Of a stretch of 49,127 bases of DNA, positions 18,716-28,611 are shown piece by piece. This DNA is from a virus (lineage: Duplodnaviria; Caudoviricetes). Location: IMG/VR virus record IMGVR_UViG_3300032335_000765, positions 1 through 49,127 of that record; one strand, given 5' to 3'. The notes beneath the pieces were generated by a model, which ran no database searches, was not told the origin of the DNA, and saw only the letters and a list, made by a program, of their open reading frames with translations. Made by a program: the position numbers and the translations under genes. Numbering within the stretch: the stretch's first letter is position 1; each line of letters begins with the position of its first letter.

Positions 18716-18756
18716 GATGGCGGGTGCGGCTGGTGCCGTGCCCGCCATCTCTGTTT
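18716..18756 (+). terminator. Terminator-like hairpin
   Basis: GATGGCGGGTGCGGC-TGGT-GCCGTGCCCGCCATC followed by TCTGTTT. Confidence 0.55.
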
Positions 18757-18765
18757 GAGGGCTCC

Positions 18766-19500
18766 ATGATCGTCAAGGTCGGCGGTACGGATGTCGATGT
18801 TCGGATCGAGTGTGTGATGAGCGGCCCGCGATTCGGCCCGCTCGCGAATCTCTTCGGCTGGGCTCAAGCTCTCATGCCGCTCGGCATCCGCCCGACGCTC
18901 GGGCAGGGGGCTCTCTGGGGGCAAGTGCTCCAGCGGTGCATGGAGCAGTTCATCGACTCGACCGAGTACATCCTCTGCACTGACTTCGATTCGTTCTGGG
19001 ATCGCAAGACGGTCGAGGAGCTCGTCGCCCTCGCGATGGCGTTTCAGTGCGACGCCCTCGCCCCGTTGCAAGTGAAGAGGGAAGACGGTCGCCCGATGTT
19101 CACGTTGCCCGGCACACTCGACAAACCGCCCCAGGGCGGGGCGACTGAACTGCCTATGTCGTGGTTCGCCGAGCCCGTGCAGGAAGTCGATTCGGCTCAC
19201 TTCGGCTGCACGCTGATCTCGACCAAGGCTCTGAAGCGAACTCCGAAACCTTGGTTCCAAGACATCCCTAACGACAAGGGGGAGTACGGAGACGGCAGAA
19301 CTGACTCTGACATCCATATGTGGAGGCAGTTCCGTAAGGGCGGGAATCGCGTCTACATCACGCCCCGCGTCTCGATCGGCCACGGCGAGTACGTGTCGGT
19401 CTGGCCGGGCAAGGATCTCCAATCCCCGGTGTTTCAATATGTCGGCGACTACACCGCGAACGGTAAGCCGAAAACTGCATGGAGTCTGCCTAAATCGTGA
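18766..19500 (+). CDS. GT-A glycosyltransferase-like protein within head module
   Basis: YILCTDFDS (DxD), HFGCTLI, PKPWF, SDIHMW, IGH. Confidence 0.7.
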   Translation: MIVKVGGTDVDVRIECVMSGPRFGPLANLFGWAQALMPLGIRPTLGQGALWGQVLQRCMEQFIDSTEYILCTDFDSFWDRKTVEELVALAMAFQCDALAPLQVKREDGRPMFTLPGTLDKPPQGGATELPMSWFAEPVQEVDSAHFGCTLISTKALKRTPKPWFQDIPNDKGEYGDGRTDSDIHMWRQFRKGGNRVYITPRVSIGHGEYVSVWPGKDLQSPVFQYVGDYTANGKPKTAWSLPKS

Positions 19501-19736
19501 AAATCAAACTGGTGCAGAACTACTCGACCTACACGGTCGGGCGGGTGGTTGAGTGCGAGAACGAGACAGCGGAGCGGCTCATCCGCGACGGCATCGCCGT
19601 GCGAGAGTCGCAGATGGATCTGATCGAGACGGCGACAGCCGAGCCCGATGTCGAGCGGGCTGACGCACGACCGCGACGCGGCAGGAAACCGAATGCGATA
19701 CCGCAGCCTCAAGACTCTGACCCAGCCGACGGTTGA
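19497..19736 (+). CDS. Small head-tail region protein
   Basis: MKIKL...GRVVE...AERLIRDGIA. Confidence 0.65.
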   Translation: MKIKLVQNYSTYTVGRVVECENETAERLIRDGIAVRESQMDLIETATAEPDVERADARPRRGRKPNAIPQPQDSDPADG

Positions 19737-20289
19737 GCCGGTCTCGCTCGCCGAAGCCAAGGCGCACTGTCGGGTCGATACCGACGCCGACGATGCTCTG
19801 ATCGCTGCCTACATCAAGGGGGCTCGCGAGTGGTGCGAGGCGTACTGCGACGAGACGTTCGTGCATTCGCAGTACCGCATGACGCTCGATGCGTTTCCCG
19901 TTGAGATCGAGCTCCCCCGGCCGCCGATGGCATCGGCGGGCACGGCCACGGCGGTGAGCGTGACCTATACGCTGGAGAACCAGAGCACTGCGACGCTCTC
20001 GACATCCGAGTACCGCGTGGATCGCAACAGCGTGCCCGGCGTTCTCCGCACGAACTACAACGGCTCCTGGCCCTCGCATCTGCTGGACTACAACGCCGTC
20101 ACGGTCACATGGTGGGCCGGGCGTGACGCGACCGGGGCGAGCACCCCGCAGCGGGTGAAGAACGCGATCCTCTGGCTTGTGGGCATGTGGTACGAGCGGC
20201 GAATGGCGGCAGACGCGGTGAGCCTCTCGGAGATTCCGTTCGGCGTGAAGTCGCTGCTCGATTCCGCCAAGTGGGGCAGCTACCGATGA
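19693..20289 (+). CDS. Head-tail adaptor (gp6/gp15-like)
   Basis: EPVSLAEAKAHCRVD...AILWLVGMWYERR. Confidence 0.9.
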   Translation: MRYRSLKTLTQPTVEPVSLAEAKAHCRVDTDADDALIAAYIKGAREWCEAYCDETFVHSQYRMTLDAFPVEIELPRPPMASAGTATAVSVTYTLENQSTATLSTSEYRVDRNSVPGVLRTNYNGSWPSHLLDYNAVTVTWWAGRDATGASTPQRVKNAILWLVGMWYERRMAADAVSLSEIPFGVKSLLDSAKWGSYR

Positions 20290-20693
20290 GCGTGTCGGGT
20301 CGCATCGCGATCGACGTTGAGTTCCTCGACCGCACGGCCACGGCGGCCGGGAGTTCGCTGAACACAATCGCACTGCGGAATGCGAGCGAGTACGCAACTG
20401 GCAAGGTGGCTGTTATCGCCGGAACGTGCAGCACGAGTGCCGTCACAGTGGCGACAGCCTTGGCTGCCTACCGCGACGCTGCCGGGTCTGCCGTCACGTT
20501 CACTTCTCTATCGCGAGTGGCGTTCTCATCGCCGACTCTCGCGTACTTGGATTGCGAGCAGCGTGGGCTCGGCAGCGACAACATCATCGCCAGCCGAAAC
20601 GGCGAGGTGACTGTCGTGGATACGCCGAGCGTGACGTTCGTCTACACAACCGCTGGCACCGCGTCCTACACGCTCGTGCTCTATGGAACATGA
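20286..20693 (+). CDS. Putative virion protein, paralog A
   Basis: Clear similarity to 20703-21131. Confidence 0.7.
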   Translation: MSVSGRIAIDVEFLDRTATAAGSSLNTIALRNASEYATGKVAVIAGTCSTSAVTVATALAAYRDAAGSAVTFTSLSRVAFSSPTLAYLDCEQRGLGSDNIIASRNGEVTVVDTPSVTFVYTTAGTASYTLVLYGT

Positions 20694-20702
20694 GGCACGA
20701 GC

Positions 20703-21131
20703 ATGAGCGACGTTCGCGGCAAGTTCGTGATCGACGTTGACTTCACCGACCGCACGACGGCGACGGGCGTGCAGCGGATGAAGCTCGTGTCGCTTGCGTC
20801 TGCCACCGAGTACCCCGACGGCAAGGTAGCGGTCGTGTCGGGCACGGTCGGCACGGCGGTTGTGAGCGTGCCCGTCGCCCCCACGACCTACCGCAACGCA
20901 GCCGGGAATCTGGTCTCGTTCGGCAGCGTGTCGCGGGTGGCGTTCCAAGCGAGCGGGCCGACGCTCGTGGCGTGCGACGGCATCGGCGGGTGCGGCGTCA
21001 ATGATTGGACGATTTACTCGCGAGCGGGGCAGGTTGCGGTTTCCGAAGCGATAGAGACCGCATCGTTCTCGATCAGTGTGTTCGGCACCGCTGGCACCTC
21101 TTCCTACACGCTGGTGATGTATGGCACTTGA
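20703..21131 (+). CDS. Putative virion protein, paralog B
   Basis: Shares IDVxFxDRT, EYxxGKVAV, SRVAF, AGTxSYTLVxYGT with paralog A. Confidence 0.7.
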   Translation: MSDVRGKFVIDVDFTDRTTATGVQRMKLVSLASATEYPDGKVAVVSGTVGTAVVSVPVAPTTYRNAAGNLVSFGSVSRVAFQASGPTLVACDGIGGCGVNDWTIYSRAGQVAVSEAIETASFSISVFGTAGTSSYTLVMYGT

Positions 21132-21444
21132 CCCCGGTCGCCTTCGCGAGCGGATCACGATTCAGCAGGCGACCGAGCGACGCAACTCGCTCGGGGAGAG
21201 CACGCTGGAATGGGCGACGTTCGCGACGCGGTGGGCGAGCGTCGAAGGGCTCTCGTCTCGCGAGGTGTTGCTCTTGGGGCAGCAGCAGACCGACGGCACG
21301 CACCGCGTGCGGCTGCGATACGTGACGGGGCTTGTGCAGACGATGCGGCTCTTGTGGCGTGGTCGGGTGATGGAGATCACGACGCTGCTCGAGCACGCGA
21401 ACCGCAGCGAGCACGAGTTGCTGTGCCAGGAGAGGGTGGACTGA
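21121..21444 (+). CDS. Head closure protein (SPP1 gp16-like)
   Basis: PGRLRERITIQ, WASVEGLSSRE, THRVRLRY. Confidence 0.9.
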   Translation: MALDPGRLRERITIQQATERRNSLGESTLEWATFATRWASVEGLSSREVLLLGQQQTDGTHRVRLRYVTGLVQTMRLLWRGRVMEITTLLEHANRSEHELLCQERVD

Positions 21445-22208
21445 TGGCTGTCGCAGGGATCGAGATCACCGCCGAGATGGCTGAACTGCGGCAGTTGCAG
21501 CAGGACATCGGCAGGCTGTTTTCGTTAGATGACAAAGCCCGCATTCTGAAGGCGGCGTTGACGAAGGCGATCGAGCCAGCGTTCTTGGCGTTGAAGCAGA
21601 CCACGCCGCTGGGGCCGACCGGCAACCTGCGGCGGGCGGTGGCGAAGAAGGTGATCGCCTACACGCGAGATGGGGCGGCCGTCGCGGTGCTGGGCTTTCG
21701 CCGGGCGGGGCTTGCTCGCTCGGAGAGTGCGGCAGGCGGCACCGTGCGATCCGGCCCTGACCGAGCGTTCCACCAGTGGTGGCTGGAAGAGGGGACGCAG
21801 GCCCGGCAAGTCAGCACGCTCTCGAACAAGCCCTACGGGAGAAAGGGGCATCTGCGTCGCATCAAGGGTCGCCCTGCGGTTGAGGTTCGTCCGCACATCG
21901 TGCAAAAGGGGCAGGGCGGGTACATCGCTTCGAGTTTCAACCGGCTCGGGCCATTCAAGATGATCCGCACTGACGATGGTCGTGTTCAGACCGAGCCGGG
22001 CTATCCCAATGCGTTTTTTCGTAAAAGCAAAACGCCGATCACGATTCCGGCAATGAACCCCGGCGGAAGCGGCGAGCCGCCCCTCAAGGCTGCCTGGGGA
22101 CGCACGCAGCCCACTGTCGCCGAGATCCTCCAGCGGGAACTGCGGCTGACGCTGGAGCAAGCCCTCGACACCCTCTCGCAGCGATCCTCGGGAACTATCG
22201 GCACATGA
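21444..22208 (+). CDS. Neck/tail completion protein (HK97 gp10-like)
   Basis: TPLGPTGNLRR, WLEEGT; position. Confidence 0.75.
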   Translation: MAVAGIEITAEMAELRQLQQDIGRLFSLDDKARILKAALTKAIEPAFLALKQTTPLGPTGNLRRAVAKKVIAYTRDGAAVAVLGFRRAGLARSESAAGGTVRSGPDRAFHQWWLEEGTQARQVSTLSNKPYGRKGHLRRIKGRPAVEVRPHIVQKGQGGYIASSFNRLGPFKMIRTDDGRVQTEPGYPNAFFRKSKTPITIPAMNPGGSGEPPLKAAWGRTQPTVAEILQRELRLTLEQALDTLSQRSSGTIGT

Positions 22209-22624
22209 GCGTGAAATCCCCCGAACGCCTGCTCGCTGACGCCCTCGCTGCCGCCCCGCTCGTGGCCGACTTGGTTGGCGATCGGGTCTACCCGGTCATC
22301 GCCCCCGCCTCGGCGGCGATCCCGTTCGTTACGTGGCGGCGGCAGGCGGTGCAGCGGGAAGCGACCCTATCGGGGCCGTCTGGAATCGCGACCGTGACGC
22401 TCGCCGTGGATATGTACGCGACCACGTATGAGGGAGTAAGGGAGCTCGCCGACCGCTGCCGGGAAATACTGGATGGTTTCAACGGGGCGTTGGGAAACTG
22501 GATTTCAGTGCGAAACGTGTCGCTACTGAGTGAGAGCGACGGGTTCGTGCAGTTGGCCGGTGGCGAGTTGCCCGCCGTCTACAGCGTGACGCAGACCTAC
22601 ACCATACTCTGGCAGGAGACTTAG
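22205..22624 (+). CDS. Tail terminator (DUF3168-like)
   Basis: LVGDRVYP, VDMYATTY, LDGF. Confidence 0.8.
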   Translation: MSVKSPERLLADALAAAPLVADLVGDRVYPVIAPASAAIPFVTWRRQAVQREATLSGPSGIATVTLAVDMYATTYEGVRELADRCREILDGFNGALGNWISVRNVSLLSESDGFVQLAGGELPAVYSVTQTYTILWQET

Positions 22625-22627
22625 CCC

Positions 22628-23062
22628 GTGCCTACGTTTTCGACTCCGCACGATACCTCGGGTTCCGGCAGCGGCACCAAGCTCACGCTCTCTCTGAACG
22701 GTGTGACCTCCACCTATGTGGTGAGCAACATCGTTATCTCGAACACGAATCCCGCAGCGGGTGCCGATGCTCAGGTCGACATCTCGCACTTAGGTCAGAC
22801 AACTGGCGAACTCGCTGCCCGGATGGAAACGCCCCTCGTGATTCCCGCCGAGGATGGTGGCAGCGGTCGGCAGATCACGTTCGACTACATTGGCAAGGTT
22901 GTCATCGCCGACGGGGCCACGGGCACATACCATATCCAAGTGGCTGGCGTGACGCTGGTCGGCGGAACCACGGCGAGCTACCACACGGTGCAGAGCTCGA
23001 CCTTGACGCTGGCGACGAACGATGCGATCCGGGGGCAGGGCGTCATCACGGTCGCCCGCTAG
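22628..23062 (+). CDS. Putative major tail tube protein
   Basis: Position after terminator; DISHL motif. Confidence 0.6.
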   Translation: MPTFSTPHDTSGSGSGTKLTLSLNGVTSTYVVSNIVISNTNPAAGADAQVDISHLGQTTGELAARMETPLVIPAEDGGSGRQITFDYIGKVVIADGATGTYHIQVAGVTLVGGTTASYHTVQSSTLTLATNDAIRGQGVITVAR

Positions 23063-23080
23063 TCATGACGGGGTGCCGTC

Positions 23081-23443
23081 ATGGCGATTCCATGCCAAGG
23101 GTTCACGATCACCTGGGGCGGTCAGCCGCTGAAAGAGGTGCAGTCGGTTGAGTTGGACGCTCAACGCGGGCTGCCTCTAGGTCGCATTACCACTTGGACG
23201 CCAAGCCTTGGAACGCTGCGGATCGCAGGTTTCTCTACGGCTTCGCTGCCTGATAGCGAGTATGGGCGTCGCAAGCAGTTGACGTTCAAAGGGCTCACCG
23301 CCTCCGCTGGCAGTTTGGTGACGTTCTTCGATCGCGACTGCATCTACGAAGACGCACGCATCGAGGCAACAGCGAACGACGCCGTGCGATTTGCCTTCAC
23401 CTTTAGGGTGATGGATACGGTCGGTGCTCCGACCGCACCATAG
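23081..23443 (+). CDS. Tail-region protein (possible second tube-like protein)
   Basis: Position between tube and chaperone genes. Confidence 0.55.
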   Translation: MAIPCQGFTITWGGQPLKEVQSVELDAQRGLPLGRITTWTPSLGTLRIAGFSTASLPDSEYGRRKQLTFKGLTASAGSLVTFFDRDCIYEDARIEATANDAVRFAFTFRVMDTVGAPTAP

Positions 23444-23454
23444 GAGAGACGCAG

Positions 23455-23799
23455 ATGGCATTGACGGCAGATCAGATTCTCGCGGCCGATGACATGGGAC
23501 TGAAGCGGGTCGCCGTTCCTGAGTGGGGAGGCGATGTGTTCATCCGCGTGATGAGCGTGGGCGAGCGTGATTCGTATGAGCGGAGGTGGATCGGCAAGAA
23601 GGAGACCGGCATCGAGAACTTCCGGACGCAGTATCTCGCGGGTGTGCTGTGCGACGAAGCCGGGAAGCTCCTGTTCAGCCGCGACCAGATCGACAAGCTC
23701 GCGAGCAAGTCGGGTGCGGTGATGGGCCGACTGTTTGATGAGGCGATGAAACACAACCGGATGACCGAGGAGGATGTGCAGGAGTTGGGAAAAGGCTGA
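23455..23799 (+). CDS. Tail assembly chaperone (G-like)
   Basis: VPEWGGDV, ends LGKG with slippery GGGAAAA. Confidence 0.85.
   Translation: MALTADQILAADDMGLKRVAVPEWGGDVFIRVMSVGERDSYERRWIGKKETGIENFRTQYLAGVLCDEAGKLLFSRDQIDKLASKSGAVMGRLFDEAMKHNRMTEEDVQELGKG
23787..23793 (+). other. Programmed -1 frameshift site G GGA AAA
   Basis: X XXY YYZ heptamer; -1 frame open into ORF 23823-24131. Confidence 0.85.
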
Positions 23800-24131
23800 A
23801 CGCGAGCCCAACTCGGCGGTACATGTTCGCGGTCGCCCGCGACTTGAAGATGACCGTCGGCGAGTTGAGCACGCGAATGGATTCGGCCGAGTTCGCTGAG
23901 TGGATCGCCTACAACCGCTACTACTCGGCACTGCCCGACTCGTGGCGGGAGACGGCGTTAATCGTTACGGCTCTCCTAGCTCCGCACATCGGCAAGAACC
24001 AGAAGCGACCGAAGCCCGAGGATTTCATTCCGATTGAAAAGCCGCCGCAGCACGAGTCACAGGATATGGCGGCGTTGCTTGAGTTGCGGAGGCAGTTCGG
24101 TCTAGGCGATCTCGAAGTGAACGATGGCTAA
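23793..24131 (+). CDS. Tail chaperone frameshift extension (T-like)
   Basis: TVGEL...MDSAEFAEWIAY...KPEDFIP; precedes tape measure. Confidence 0.8.
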   Translation, partial: RLNASPTRRYMFAVARDLKMTVGELSTRMDSAEFAEWIAYNRYYSALPDSWRETALIVTALLAPHIGKNQKRPKPEDFIPIEKPPQHESQDMAALLELRRQFGLGDLEVNDG

Positions 24132-27048
24132 CATTCTTTCCCTTGCGTTGCGGGTCACGGCTGACGCGAGCCAACTGAAGCTCGATCCGGTGCAGCGTGC
24201 GCTGGTCAACCTCGGCGACCAGGCCGACAAGCTCACGGGTCAGTTCGACAAGTTCGCTTCCGGCAGTGCCGGTGCCGCTCGGGCACAAGAAGAGTTTGCT
24301 CGTCGCTCTCAGGATCTCATCAACAATCTGCGAGACGGCGGCGGTGCGACGCAGTTTGCCGCCGCGTTTGAGAAGCTGGCCGAGGAAGCCCGCGCCGCTG
24401 CGGCGGCGTTCGAGGAAGGTGCTCGGGTCACAGAGGCAAACCGGACTGTTGAAGAGCGACGGGCAATCGAGATCGAACGGCTGAATCGGCTCTTGAACGC
24501 TGGGGCGATTGAGCAGGAAACCTACAACCGAGCGATTGCAGAGGCGAGCGGTGCGAACGCCGCCGCCGCCCAGGCAGAGCGAGAGAGGGTTGCGGCCCTC
24601 GCGGCTTCCGAAGCGTTGTTGGCCGAGGCGGAACGGCAGCGTGCTGCGGTGCTGCAGGAAGGCGCACGCGTCACCCAGCAGTTTGCGACTGCCGAAGAGC
24701 AGCGAGCATCTCGCCTGCAACGCATTCAAGAGTTGCTAGCGCAGGGAGCGATCAGCGAAGAGATTGCAGCCAGAGCGACCGCAGAGGCGAGCGGTGCGAA
24801 CGAAGCAGCGGCGAAGGCTGAGCAAGATCGGGCGGCTGCATTGGCAGCAGCCTCAAGGATCATTCAGGCGAACCTTACGCCGCAGGAGCGGTACGACACG
24901 CAGATCCAAGAACTTCAGTCGCACCTCGACGCGGGGCGTCTTAGCCAAGAGCAGTTCAACAGAGCAGCGGAGAAAGCAAAGACTGATCTCGACAAGGTAG
25001 GGCAGGCTGCGACCAAAACCGACAAAAACGTAGAGTCACTCGCGAAGAACGTCCGAATCTTGTCTGTCATTGAGATTGGCCGACTTATCGTCGACGGTCT
25101 CCAGACGATCGGCAATGTCATCTCGGGTGCGTTGAATCAGATTTCCGCGTTCGTCTCCCGCGTCTCGTCGGCGTTCGACTCTTTCAACGATCTCTCGGCC
25201 CGCACCGGCATCGGGGTCGAAGCCCTGCAAGGCTACTCGCTCGCAGCGAAGTTGGCGGGTGTTGATACGGCAGAGTTTGGCGCAGCAGTTCAGCGGCTGG
25301 GCGTGACCATCGGGAAGGCAACGCCAGGCGACAACCTTGACAAATCACTGCGGGCAATCAATCTTTCCGTCGCCGAACTTCGTGGGCTGGCACCTGAGCA
25401 ACAGTTCTCAGCCATCAGCGATGCCATCTCGGGTCTTCCTACGGCGGCGGATCGAGCGGCTGCGGCAGTAGAGATCTTCGGCAAGCAGGGTGCCGCGTTG
25501 GCTCCGCTTTTCCGCGAAGGGGCTGCGAGCATCGAGGAGCTTCGCGACCGTGCCGAGCGGCTCGGCATCATTGTTGACGAGACGCAGATCAGCAACATCG
25601 CAGAGATGAACGACGCATTCGACCTCGCTCGTGCAACGGTCGAAGGCATCGCAGGGCAGGTGATTGGCAACCTTGCCCCGGCGGTCACGGCAGTGGTCGA
25701 TCAGTTCTTGGAGTTCATCGAAGCGTTCGCGGGAGCGGAAGGCACGGGCGGCAGTGGCATCGCGAATGCGATCAGCAACGTGCTCTTCGACGGGGCCGAG
25801 GCTCTGGCTGGCGTGTTTGATTCTTTCGTCGGTCAGTTTCAAGGCTTTTCGGTTTCGCTTGAAACCGCTGCGGATGTCTTCTACCGCACAGGCCAGTTTT
25901 TCTACAGCGTGTTCGAGGGGCTTCGGACTGTGTTCAACACGTTCGAGCTCGCTGGTAACGCGTTGCTGATCGGACTAGGGAAGATCCTCGAAGGGCTCGG
26001 AAGTTGGGTGAGCTCTGATCTGGAGCAAGCGGGTCGAGACCTCCAGGCTTCTGGGCAGGCTGCCGCCGAGAGAAACAGTCGGCAACTAGAAGAATCAGCA
26101 ACGAACGCTGCCAATGCGTTCACCAACACACTGACGGGCGGCTCGGGCTCATCTTCGGCGGCGGGCGAGGGTGCCGCCTCGCAGTTCATCCAAGGCGTGC
26201 GGCAGAAGTTCGAGCAGTCGCAGGCTCCCGAGTTCAAGATCGCGACGAATCTTGAGACTAGCGGCGAGCGGTTGACCTCGTTCATTGCGACAGTAGGCGA
26301 GGGGGCCGACAAGTTCTACCTCGATTCGGTCAAGACGCTGGAGGTATTCCAGCAGCAGGCAGCGGCCGGGAACCTGACGGCAGATCAGATCGAGACGATG
26401 ACCACGTTCTCGGAGCGTCTGAACAGTCAACTCGATGCCGAGATCGCCAAGCGACAGGAAGCGGCTGAAGCCGCGACGAAGCAGGCGGAAGAAGTCGACA
26501 AGATTGTGACGGCTAGCCTGGAGCAAGCACGGATTGAGAGCCAGTTCCGTGGTGACTCAGGACGAGCGAAGGCCGCCGAGAATGTTCTCAAGATTCAGCA
26601 AGAGATCGTGCGGGTCGAGGAGCAACTTCAAGCAGCACGAGCCGCCGGGGACACCGAGGCGATCAACACGCTGACTTCCCGCCTCGCGACGCTCGATCAA
26701 GTCGAGGCCCGCGAGAGCGATATTGCGAGTGGTGCCAAGAAAGCCCGCGAGGAAGCAGCCAAGCAAGTTGAAAAGTTGAACGAAGATATCGCAAAGCGGC
26801 AGGGCGATCTGTTGGCAAAGTCGTTCGAGATCGAGCTCGCTCGCGCCGAGGAGCTCGCGACCGTCCGCACCGGCTCGGTCCAGATCAACGACCTTCGCTC
26901 TGGCGGCATCTCGGCGTTCTTTGACACGCTGAAAGAAGACCCGGCGATCACCGAGGCGAAGAAGCAGACGAAGGAACTGGAGGCGATGCGAAAAGAGATC
27001 GCCAAGCTCAACGCCGAAAAGGTTGACATTCTCTCGGGGACGGGCTGA
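24124..27048 (+). CDS. Tape measure protein
   Basis: 974 aa Ala/Glu/Gln-rich helical protein after chaperones; internal 243-bp-period repeat. Confidence 0.92.
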   Translation: MANILSLALRVTADASQLKLDPVQRALVNLGDQADKLTGQFDKFASGSAGAARAQEEFARRSQDLINNLRDGGGATQFAAAFEKLAEEARAAAAAFEEGARVTEANRTVEERRAIEIERLNRLLNAGAIEQETYNRAIAEASGANAAAAQAERERVAALAASEALLAEAERQRAAVLQEGARVTQQFATAEEQRASRLQRIQELLAQGAISEEIAARATAEASGANEAAAKAEQDRAAALAAASRIIQANLTPQERYDTQIQELQSHLDAGRLSQEQFNRAAEKAKTDLDKVGQAATKTDKNVESLAKNVRILSVIEIGRLIVDGLQTIGNVISGALNQISAFVSRVSSAFDSFNDLSARTGIGVEALQGYSLAAKLAGVDTAEFGAAVQRLGVTIGKATPGDNLDKSLRAINLSVAELRGLAPEQQFSAISDAISGLPTAADRAAAAVEIFGKQGAALAPLFREGAASIEELRDRAERLGIIVDETQISNIAEMNDAFDLARATVEGIAGQVIGNLAPAVTAVVDQFLEFIEAFAGAEGTGGSGIANAISNVLFDGAEALAGVFDSFVGQFQGFSVSLETAADVFYRTGQFFYSVFEGLRTVFNTFELAGNALLIGLGKILEGLGSWVSSDLEQAGRDLQASGQAAAERNSRQLEESATNAANAFTNTLTGGSGSSSAAGEGAASQFIQGVRQKFEQSQAPEFKIATNLETSGERLTSFIATVGEGADKFYLDSVKTLEVFQQQAAAGNLTADQIETMTTFSERLNSQLDAEIAKRQEAAEAATKQAEEVDKIVTASLEQARIESQFRGDSGRAKAAENVLKIQQEIVRVEEQLQAARAAGDTEAINTLTSRLATLDQVEARESDIASGAKKAREEAAKQVEKLNEDIAKRQGDLLAKSFEIELARAEELATVRTGSVQINDLRSGGISAFFDTLKEDPAITEAKKQTKELEAMRKEIAKLNAEKVDILSGTG

Positions 27049-27050
27049 CC

Positions 27051-27914
27051 ATGAGCGTTCACAGTTGGCGAGAGCTACCGCGTACCGTCACGCACTTGAT
27101 CGGGGCGTCGCCCGAGTTCGAGCGGCGGTTCGTGGTCACGCTGAACAATCCCGATACGAACGCCGGGATCATGGTCGCGGCGGTGGGTGCCCAGCATGGA
27201 TCGGCGCACCCCGAGGTATCGGCGGCGAAGTGCCGCGAGGTATCGGTCACAGAGGCATATGAGGGGAATCGCTACTGGGCCGAGGTCGTCGCGCAGTACG
27301 CGATCCCGACAGTAGGCGACATCCAACTCCTGCCGTGGTTGCGACCCGATGTATGGAAGTTCCAGACTCAAGGCGTCGCTGTTCCAGCTCTCTACTATTA
27401 CGACGGCACCACGCAGAAGCCTCTCACCAACTCAGCAGGCGATTACGTGGAGGGGCTGACTGTTGACGAAGCCCAACAAAAAATCACGATCACGAGCAAC
27501 AGGCAGAACTTTCCTTCGGCTCTTGCTGCCGCCGTGACGAACTGCGTGAATGGCGACGCCTATCTTGGGTTTCCTCAAAACGGCGTGAAGGTGCAGGGCA
27601 TTAGCGGCGAGCAGGTGATCGAGTCGGTGAACGGGCAAGATGTTCGCTACTGGAAAATCACGAGCGAACTCTTGGGGCGACAGAGCGGCTGGGATCTGTT
27701 GCTGCCAGATGTCGGGTTCAACTACATCGAAGGCGGGATCAAGAAGAGAGCCGACGTTCGTGGGCCGGATGGCGATCAAGTCGCCTCGGCGAATCCGATC
27801 GCCCTCAACGGCAGCGGTGGAAAGCAGTCAGGTAGTACGCTTCCTGCGATCCTGACGCGACGCGTTTATAAGCAGATTTCTATGTCGCAGTATTTCGGCA
27901 CGCCACCGACCTAG
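27051..27914 (+). CDS. Putative distal tail/hub protein
   Basis: Follows TMP; NSAGD motif. Confidence 0.6.
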   Translation: MSVHSWRELPRTVTHLIGASPEFERRFVVTLNNPDTNAGIMVAAVGAQHGSAHPEVSAAKCREVSVTEAYEGNRYWAEVVAQYAIPTVGDIQLLPWLRPDVWKFQTQGVAVPALYYYDGTTQKPLTNSAGDYVEGLTVDEAQQKITITSNRQNFPSALAAAVTNCVNGDAYLGFPQNGVKVQGISGEQVIESVNGQDVRYWKITSELLGRQSGWDLLLPDVGFNYIEGGIKKRADVRGPDGDQVASANPIALNGSGGKQSGSTLPAILTRRVYKQISMSQYFGTPPT

Positions 27915-27922
27915 GAGCTCTC

Positions 27923-28291
27923 ATGGCCGACATTTCCTACAGTCTGAACATCAACGTGAGTGCCGGTGCGTTGCAGCAGAATCTCAACGCCTCGAACATC
28001 ACGAGCGATTTCTCCACGACCGGCATGCTGGCGGTCACGCTCAACGTCGGCACGGCAACGCAGGCGATCAGCACGGCATCCGCGTCAGTGCTCGGGCTTA
28101 CGTTCGCTCGGTCGCTCGCGACGGCTGGCACGCACACGATCTCGTTCGGCCGAATCAGCGGTACAACGCTGTTCGATGTGGTGCGGCTCAAGGCAGGCGA
28201 GGCGGCGGTACTGCGAATGGCTCCAGGCAACTACGCAGCCAAGGCCGATGCTCCAGGCTCGCGGCTCTTGCTCCAGATTCTGGAGGAATGA
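27923..28291 (+). CDS. Putative tail protein
   Basis: AGGAG RBS; RLKAGEAAVLR. Confidence 0.6.
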   Translation: MADISYSLNINVSAGALQQNLNASNITSDFSTTGMLAVTLNVGTATQAISTASASVLGLTFARSLATAGTHTISFGRISGTTLFDVVRLKAGEAAVLRMAPGNYAAKADAPGSRLLLQILEE

Positions 28292-28611
28292 TGAGCACGG
28301 CTCGTGTCGATTTCACTCGCAGTGCTGCGGAGAGGATCGCCGCAGTCGTCCGCAAAGTGGAGCAGGGGGATCGCGACGGATCGCCACTCGTGTATGGCGT
28401 CGCCGATCAGCCTAACAAAACTTTTCGGGTGTGCACGTTCACGGGGAGTTGGAGTGTCAACACGTCGAAGACGGTCACGCTTCGCAACAGCACGGCAACT
28501 CTAGTTGCCATCAACGTGTTTGGGCCAATCAATGCCGACTGTGGTGGCTCGCCTGTTGGCATTGCGCGTGACGGGTCTGCTTGGTATGCCATCGCGGCGA
28601 GGTGCCAGTGA
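28288..28611 (+). CDS. Putative tail protein
   Basis: AERIAAVVRKVE; coupled start. Confidence 0.6.
   Translation: MMSTARVDFTRSAAERIAAVVRKVEQGDRDGSPLVYGVADQPNKTFRVCTFTGSWSVNTSKTVTLRNSTATLVAINVFGPINADCGGSPVGIARDGSAWYAIAARCQ

Noticed and set aside
24538-24802. 22-nt direct repeat 243 bp apart
   Set aside because: In-frame tape measure repeat (AEASGAN); ordinary
9609-27914. Genome-wide TAG recoding to explain the stop at 15875
   Set aside because: TAG ends genes cleanly at 9965, 15609, 22624, 23062, 23443 and 27914 with the next gene starting nearby; no suppressor tRNA seen
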